64,000 nucleotides of DNA, taken from contig CAUYUJ010000103.1 of NCBI GenBank assembly GCA_963575745.1, forward strand, positions 248,001 through 312,000, written 5' to 3'. This DNA is from Prorocentrum cordatum. Taxonomy: Eukaryota. Below, piece by piece: positions 57,635 through 64,000 of this stretch. How positions within the stretch are numbered: the first letter of the stretch is position 1; each line of letters starts with the position of its first letter. The notes beneath the pieces are model-generated. The model saw only the letters and a list, made by a program, of their open reading frames with translations. It ran no database searches and was not told the origin of the DNA. Both the position numbers and the translations under genes were made by a program.

Positions 57635-57819
57635 CGTAGTCGTAGTCGTAGTCGTAGTCGTAGTCGTAGTCGTAGTCGTAGTCGTAGTCGTAGTCGTAGT
57701 CGTAGTCGTAGTCGTAGTCGTAGTCGTAGTCGTAGTCGTAGTCGTAGTCGTAGTAGTCGTAGTCGTAGTCGTAGTAGTCGTAGTCGTAGTCGTGTCGTAG
57801 TCGTAGTAGTCGTAGTCGT

Positions 57820-57851
<32 letters not shown>

Positions 57852-57995
57852 TAGTAGTAGTAGTAGTAGTCGTCGTAGTCGTCGTAGTAGTAGTAGTAGT
57901 AGTAGTAGTGTAGTCGTAGTCGTCGTAGTAGTCGTAGTAGTCGTAGTAATAGTAGTAGTGGTAGTAGTAGTAGTAGTAGTCGTAGTGGTAGTAGC

Positions 57996-58030
<35 letters not shown>

Positions 58031-58089
58031 TAGTCGTAGTCGTAGTCGTAGTCGTAGTCGTAATTGTAGAAGAAGTAGTACTAGTAGTC

Positions 58090-58123
<34 letters not shown>

Positions 58124-58215
58124 CAGTAGTAGTAGTAGTAGTCGTAGTAGTGGTCGTCGTAGTAGTAGTAGTAGTAGTAGTAGTTGTTGTAGTATTAGTA
58201 GTAGTAGTCGTCGTC

Positions 58216-58246
<31 letters not shown>

Positions 58247-58273
58247 TCGTAGTACTAGTACTAGTACTAGTAC

Positions 58274-58304
<31 letters not shown>

Positions 58305-58423
58305 CGTCGCAGTCGTAGTATTATGATTAGTAGTAGTTGTAATGGTGGTATTAGTAGTCGTGGTAGTAGTACTAGGCGTAGTAGTGGTACTGGTGGTCGT
58401 AGTGGTAGTAGTAGCAGTGGTAC

Positions 58424-58457
<34 letters not shown>

Positions 58458-58541
58458 CGTAGTAGTAGTGGTAGTAGTAGGAGTCGTAGTGGTCTAGTCG
58501 TAGTAGTTGTGGTAGTGGTAGTAGCAGTAGCAGTATTAGTC

Positions 58542-58574
<33 letters not shown>

Positions 58575-59316
58575 ATAATAGTAGTAGTAGTAGTAGTGGT
58601 AGTAGTGGTGGTAGTAGTCGTAGTAGTAGTAGTGGCCGTATTAGCAGTTGTGATAGTAGTACTACTAGTAGTAGTAATAGTAGTAGCCGTAGTAGTAGTA
58701 GTCGTAGTAATAGTCGTAGTAGCAGTCGTCGTAGTAGTAGTAGTAGTAGTAGCCGTTGTCGTAATAGTTATGTTATTAGTCGTAAGGGTAGTAGCTTCAC
58801 CAAGTGAAGTAGTAGTGGCCGTAGTAGTAGTAGTTCACGTAATAGTTGTATAGGTTGTGGTAGTCGTATCGATAGTAGCCGCAGATGTATTTGGAGTAGT
58901 AGTGGTAGTGATATTGGCAAGTGTAGTGGTAGTGGTGGTAGTAGTGGTGGTAGTAGTAGTAGTCGTAGATGTAGGCGTGGTAGTCGTAGTAGTGGTCATT
59001 ATCGTAGAAGTCGTAGTAGTAGTGGTAGTAGTAGTAGCCGTAGTAGTAGTAGTGGTAGTAGTAGTAGTAGTAGTAGTAGTCGTCGCAGTAGTAGTCGTAG
59101 TAGTAGTAGTAGTAGGAGTAGTAGTAGTAGTAGTAGTAGTCGTAGTAGTGGTAGTGGTATTAGTAGTAGTAGTAGTAGCAGCAGTAGTAGTAATGCAGTA
59201 GTAGCAGTAGTAGTGGTAATAGTAGTAATTGTAGAAGAAGTAGTAGTAGTAGTCGTAGTAGTAGTAGTAGTAGTAGTAGTAGCAGGAGTAGGAGTAGTAC
59301 TAGTAGTACTAGTAGT

Positions 59317-59376
<60 letters not shown>

Positions 59377-59383
59377 TGTAGCC

Positions 59384-59414
<31 letters not shown>

Positions 59415-59530
59415 AGTCGTAACGGTCGTGGAATTTTGCAGTAGTAGTAGTAGTAGTAGTAGTAGCAGTAGGAGTTGTCGTTGCCGCAGGTGTCGTAATA
59501 GGAGTACTAGTTGTAGTAGTAGTAGTGGTC

Positions 59531-59591
<61 letters not shown>

Positions 59592-59848
59592 TAGTAAAAG
59601 TGGTAGTGGTAGTAGTAGTAGTAGTAGTAGCAGTAGTAGTAGTAGTAGTAGCGTTAGTAGTAGTAGAAGCAGTAGTCGTAGTAGTAGTCGTAGTAGTAGT
59701 AGTAGTAGCAGTAGTAGTAATGTTGGCAGTAGTCTTTGTAGTAGTAGTTGTAGTACCCGTAATAGTGGTAGTAGCGGTAGTAGTAGTAGTCGTAGTAGTA
59801 GTCGTAGTAGTAGTAGTAGTAGCAGTAGTAGTCGTAGTAGTAGTGGTC

Positions 59849-59902
<54 letters not shown>

Positions 59903-60113
59903 ACTAGTAGTAGTAGTAGTAGCAGTAGTAGTAGTAGTAGTAGTAGTTGTTGTAGTAGTAGTAAAAGTAGTAAAAGTAGTAGTAGTAGTAGTAGTAGTAG
60001 TCGTAGGAGTAGTTGTAGTGGTTCCAGTATTATTATTATTATTAGTAGTAGTAGTAGTATTTGTAGTAGTCGTTGAAGCGAAAGTAATAGTAGTAGTACT
60101 ACTATTTGTAGGC

Positions 60114-60148
<35 letters not shown>

Positions 60149-60191
60149 CGTTGAAGCGAAAGTAATAGTAGTAGTACTACTATTTGTAGGC

Positions 60192-60235
<44 letters not shown>

Positions 60236-60281
60236 TGTCGTAGTCGTAGTACTAAGAGTATGAGCTGTACGAGTAGCAGTC

Positions 60282-60319
<38 letters not shown>

Positions 60320-60451
60320 CGTAGTCGTAGTAGTAGTAGTTGTAGTAGTAGTAGTAGCAGTAGCAGTAGTAGTCACAGTAGTAGTAGTAGTAGTTATAGT
60401 AGTAGTAATAGTACTAGTGGTAGTAGTGGTAGTAGTAGTAGTAGTAGTCGC

Positions 60452-60506
<55 letters not shown>

Positions 60507-60618
60507 ATCGCAGTAGTGCCTGTAGTAAAAAGAGTTGTAGCAATCGTACTAGTAGTTGTCGTAGTAGTGGTAGTCGTGGTAGTAGTAAGTAGTAGTAGTA
60601 GTCGTAGTAGTGGTAGTC

Positions 60619-60651
<33 letters not shown>

Positions 60652-60675
60652 ATAGTAGTAGTAGTAGAAGTAGCC

Positions 60676-60712
<37 letters not shown>

Positions 60713-60845
60713 CAGCAGTAGTAATAGTGGTAGTAGTAGTTGTAGTTGTAGTTGTAGTTGTAGTTGTAGTAGTAGTCTTACTAGTAGTAGGTAGTGGTAG
60801 TAGTAGTAGTAGAAGCAGAAGTATACGAAAAGGAAGAAGTAGTAG
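57590..60845. repeat. Long degenerate (AGT)n/(AGTCGT)n microsatellite field
   Basis: Direct inspection; includes a 75-bp internal duplication near 60063-60210. Confidence 0.97.
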
Positions 60846-61429
60846 TGGCACAATTCGTGGCATTTGGGATGGCGAAGGCGCCATGCTGACCCCGCGACCT
60901 TTCGAGGACGGCCCTTGGACACTCCCCTGGCCCTGAGGAAACCCCAAACGAGCAGAGCAATTGCCAATAATGATACACTGGAGATACCGAACAAGCTCGA
61001 ACAGCCTCGCAAGGGACGCTTTTGGTGTAGTCAAGTTGCGCGGCATTTTATCCAACCGTCGAAGTTCTTCTTTTTGGATCTACAACTGTCCCATTGTCCC
61101 CGCTGGGCGAATCGAGAAGCGTGGCATGATTGAATTCGTCGGGGTGCGGTCGCATAATTTCATGCAAATGAAGTTTCCAACGCCGCACTTCTCAATTCCG
61201 GCAGGGGCTTTGGCCAAAAGTGCCGGACGGAAAAGAACAAGCATAATTTAAAACATTGACAGTTCGTGTCGTCAATTCCCATGCTCGAGTTAACAATCTA
61301 CCCATCCACTCGCAATTTTCTGGCGCAACTCAACCGGCGTAGTGACGCGAGGGCCCTCTCGGGCGGACGATTGATGATTTTGATGGTGGTGGTGCCGATC
61401 ACGAGGGCGGCGACAACGACGATATTGAT

Positions 61430-61750
61430 TACGATGGTAGTGATGAAGAGGAAGATGATGGTGGTGGTGATGATCATGGTGATGATGGTGGCGATGCTGA
61501 TGATGACCAGGGTGATGATCATGATTGTGGTGGTGGTGGTGAAATTGATGACGATGACGATTATGAAGATAATTCAGATGATGATGCTGATGATGATGGT
61601 GACGGTGATGATGATTCGATGGAAATGCTGTTGTTGCTGCTGGATATGATGTTGATGATGATGGCTCGAATGATGAGGACGATAGTGGTGATGATGTTGG
61701 TGTTGTTGATGATGATAATGATGCTGACGGAGAAGGTGATGGTGATGAAG
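61430..61750. repeat. Degenerate (GAT)n tract
   Basis: Direct inspection. Confidence 0.85.
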
Positions 61751-61886
61751 GCGCTTCATAGCGCTGGTGCTTATGAGGGCGATGAGGAAGTTCGCTCGGA
61801 TAAGTTCACACTTCTGGACACAATCTGTGATGATAAACCACTCGGTTTTCATATGCCGTGGAATGCTTTTGTGCAGAAGTGCTCAG
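61751..61886 (+). CDS. Possible isolated host exon (ALHSAGAYEGDEEVRSDKFTLLDTICDDKPLGFHMPWNAFVQKCS)
   Basis: Complex-sequence island bounded by AAG|G and CAG|GA; PLGFHMPW loosely recalls the DUF5672 C-terminal PxGFHxPW motif. Not verified. Confidence 0.3.
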
Positions 61887-64000
61887 GACATTCTGATTTT
61901 GGACGGATTTAGTCGTTGGCGCGCGTGTGGCCATCATGGCAATATTAGACAGAGGTGGCGGGTGCGCGATGATTGCCAAATGTTTACGACCCGCGCGCGT
62001 GTGTTCCAGATGGTCACAGTCGACATGACGGCAAACCACCTCTTGCTTCTCTGTCGTTGAAAGATTTCAGCGTCTGCTGAACAAGAAAATCCAACACTGT
62101 CTTGGCTCCCTTGTGAGCACACATGTATGTCCTGATACGGCAATATCACAACGTTGTTGAATGGTTAAGGATCTGAACGACACGCTCTTGTTGGATCGTC
62201 ACGTGTGCACCGCATGGTATTGTTTAGCAAGGATCAAGGATGGGGAGACGCGTCGGCATGACGTGGTTGGTGCAACTATCTTGTACTACGAACTTGTACA
62301 GCGCAATACGCGGAGGCCAGGCGATTAATCCGGTCCCCGGCACGGACATATGCTCTCATTCTGTTCAGGTGCAGGAGCGTAAGCGAATTGCTGCCATGTG
62401 GTGCCACATATGGAGTACAACTTATGTGGTGCAACATGTGTTTGGTGCAGCCAAGGTGGTTCAAAATGTGCGGTGCATGTGGTGCAATATGTGTGTAATT
62501 CAATCCTGCGTGGACGCCCGCCGGTGGCAAGTCCAGGAACGACAGCCAGGGCACGTGTGCGCCTCCGAGGTGCCCACTGGCGCCCACTGGCTGAACTTCG
62601 GAAATGCCAACGAGCGCACGTGGGCTCCCACGAGGCGCCCACGGTGCTCACCAGCCGAATGTCCGGAACAACCAGCCAGCGCACGTGGGCGCCCGGGGCG
62701 ACCACGGGCGCCACTCGCAGTATAAACTGGCCGCGCCAGCCGATTCCTCGGCAAGCGACTGAGGCCCACGCTCTCTGTGCAAGGTCTGCTTGGGTAACTA
62801 AGTCTCGTTAGAAGGCAGCAGGGCTTCCAATAAGTCTTCTGTTTTTTTGAAGACCCCCCCGTTCTTCCTCGCCCCACCCGTGCGCGCGCCGCCAAGATGA
62901 GGTTCTCTCTGCCGCCTCCGGAGCCCCTGGGCAGCGTGTGCGCGCGTCACAAACAAGGCCCTCGCACCCGTCGGAAGAGGCCAGAGGTGCCGTGCAGGCC
63001 TTTTCGGCGCAGCGAGTGCGCGTGAGGAACGATCGACGTCCAATCCGAGTGTGGGTTCGAGAGCTTCTTTGCAGAGGCAGACCAAACAATCGCCAGAGTC
63101 AGCGTAAGGTGCCGTTGCTCTAGAGTCACCAGAGGGGTTAGTCTCTTCCTGCGGCCCTGGGGTGAACGTGGGACGTCAAGACAGACATTCTTTTACAAGC
63201 CAGGGTGGGTTCAATTACCCAGGGAAGAGACCGTCGGCTCAGTATTGATTATGAGCTAGAGGAATTCAGTATCACGTGCAACCGCAAACATTGCAACAGT
63301 ACAGGAGGTCCAGCGAGACGCGAGGGCATGGATAGAGTGAGGAGGGTCGCAACGCAAGTGGGGAGTGGGGGAGGGGTGGGGGAGAGGGAGGGTCTGGGGG
63401 AAGGGCGGGCTTGAGGAGGAGATGGGACTGGGTATTGTGAGAGTGGGTGGAGGAGGAGGTGAGGAGGGGTAGGAGGTCCAACTCAACGGTACAAAGCATT
63501 GAGAAGACAAAGCATGCGAACATTCAAGTGTCACTGCATTGTTGCCAGGAGCTCTCCAGCCGCCTCCCTCCCCAGGGTCTCCCTCTGCTTCTCCTTCCCC
63601 CTCCCCCCGCCATATATTCCATCCCCCATCCCTCCTCTTGCCTCGCCTTCCGCTTCACCCCTCCTTCCCGCCCGCACCCCGTGCCCCTCCTCCCGCTCGT
63701 CCCGCCTCTCGCCCCGCAGCCCCCGCCCCCCCCCGCGTGGCCGGGCCCGCCGGCGGGGGGCGAATGAGCGGCAGCGGCTGCGCCGCCGCCGTGCTCCCCG
63801 AGGCCCGCCAGGGGGCGGCGGCCCCTGCCCGGTGCCGTGCGGCCGAGCTCCTGGTGCTGGCGCGTGCTCAGCATGCCGACGCCAGAGGGCTCGGGGGTGG
63901 ACAGAACCCCCCGCTGACACGCCGATGACTGAACTGTCCGTTTTCGGTTCTCGAGAGGGCGCCGCGGCCGTCATTTTGCAGGCTTGCGCCCGCCAGGTTT

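Noticed and set aside
57302..61055. Poly-Val/Ser/Thr ORFs or a telomeric array
   Set aside because: Translations of (AGT)n; the repeat is not the TTTAGGG-type telomere unit.

Overview
Eukaryotic, GC-rich, repeat-dominated DNA, very probably dinoflagellate. Evidence: relics of the dinoflagellate spliced leader at 10602-10622 and 21397-21417, short GC-AG introns, and a Copia element carrying a DNA-methyltransferase domain. No rRNA, tRNA or CRISPR array was recognised, and most ORFs in the supplied track are low-complexity or GC-rich artefacts. Contents, left to right: (1) 1-4343, a DIRS-order (PAT/Ngaro-like) tyrosine-recombinase retrotransposon whose RT-RNase H and recombinase genes are split by eight predicted 49-68 nt GC-AG introns, ending in a B-A-B split direct repeat. 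(2) 6389-10584 (-), a disrupted hAT/Dada-like DDE transposase with a C-terminal PHD-type finger and a spliced-leader relic 17 nt upstream of its ATG. (3) 13862-21821, a ~7.9 kb duplicate of 3170-11026 ending at an N gap. (4) A second duplication (21922-25435 / 31524-34907) with a minisatellite mosaic between the copies; the second copy runs into a heavily decayed Copia interrupted by a Helentron-like non-autonomous element. (5) 40826-50813, a full-length but frameshifted Ty1/Copia element with 176-bp LTRs, a 4-bp TSD, domain order gag-PR-DNMT-IN-RT-RH, and a ~1.4 kb overlapping second frame encoding a signal-peptide/zinc/coiled-coil protein. (6) More Helentron-like ends, a >3 kb (AGT)n tract and a few possible host exons. 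The strongest candidate for an undescribed system is the intron-rich tyrosine-recombinase retrotransposon. All family assignments are from motif recognition by eye; no searches were run.
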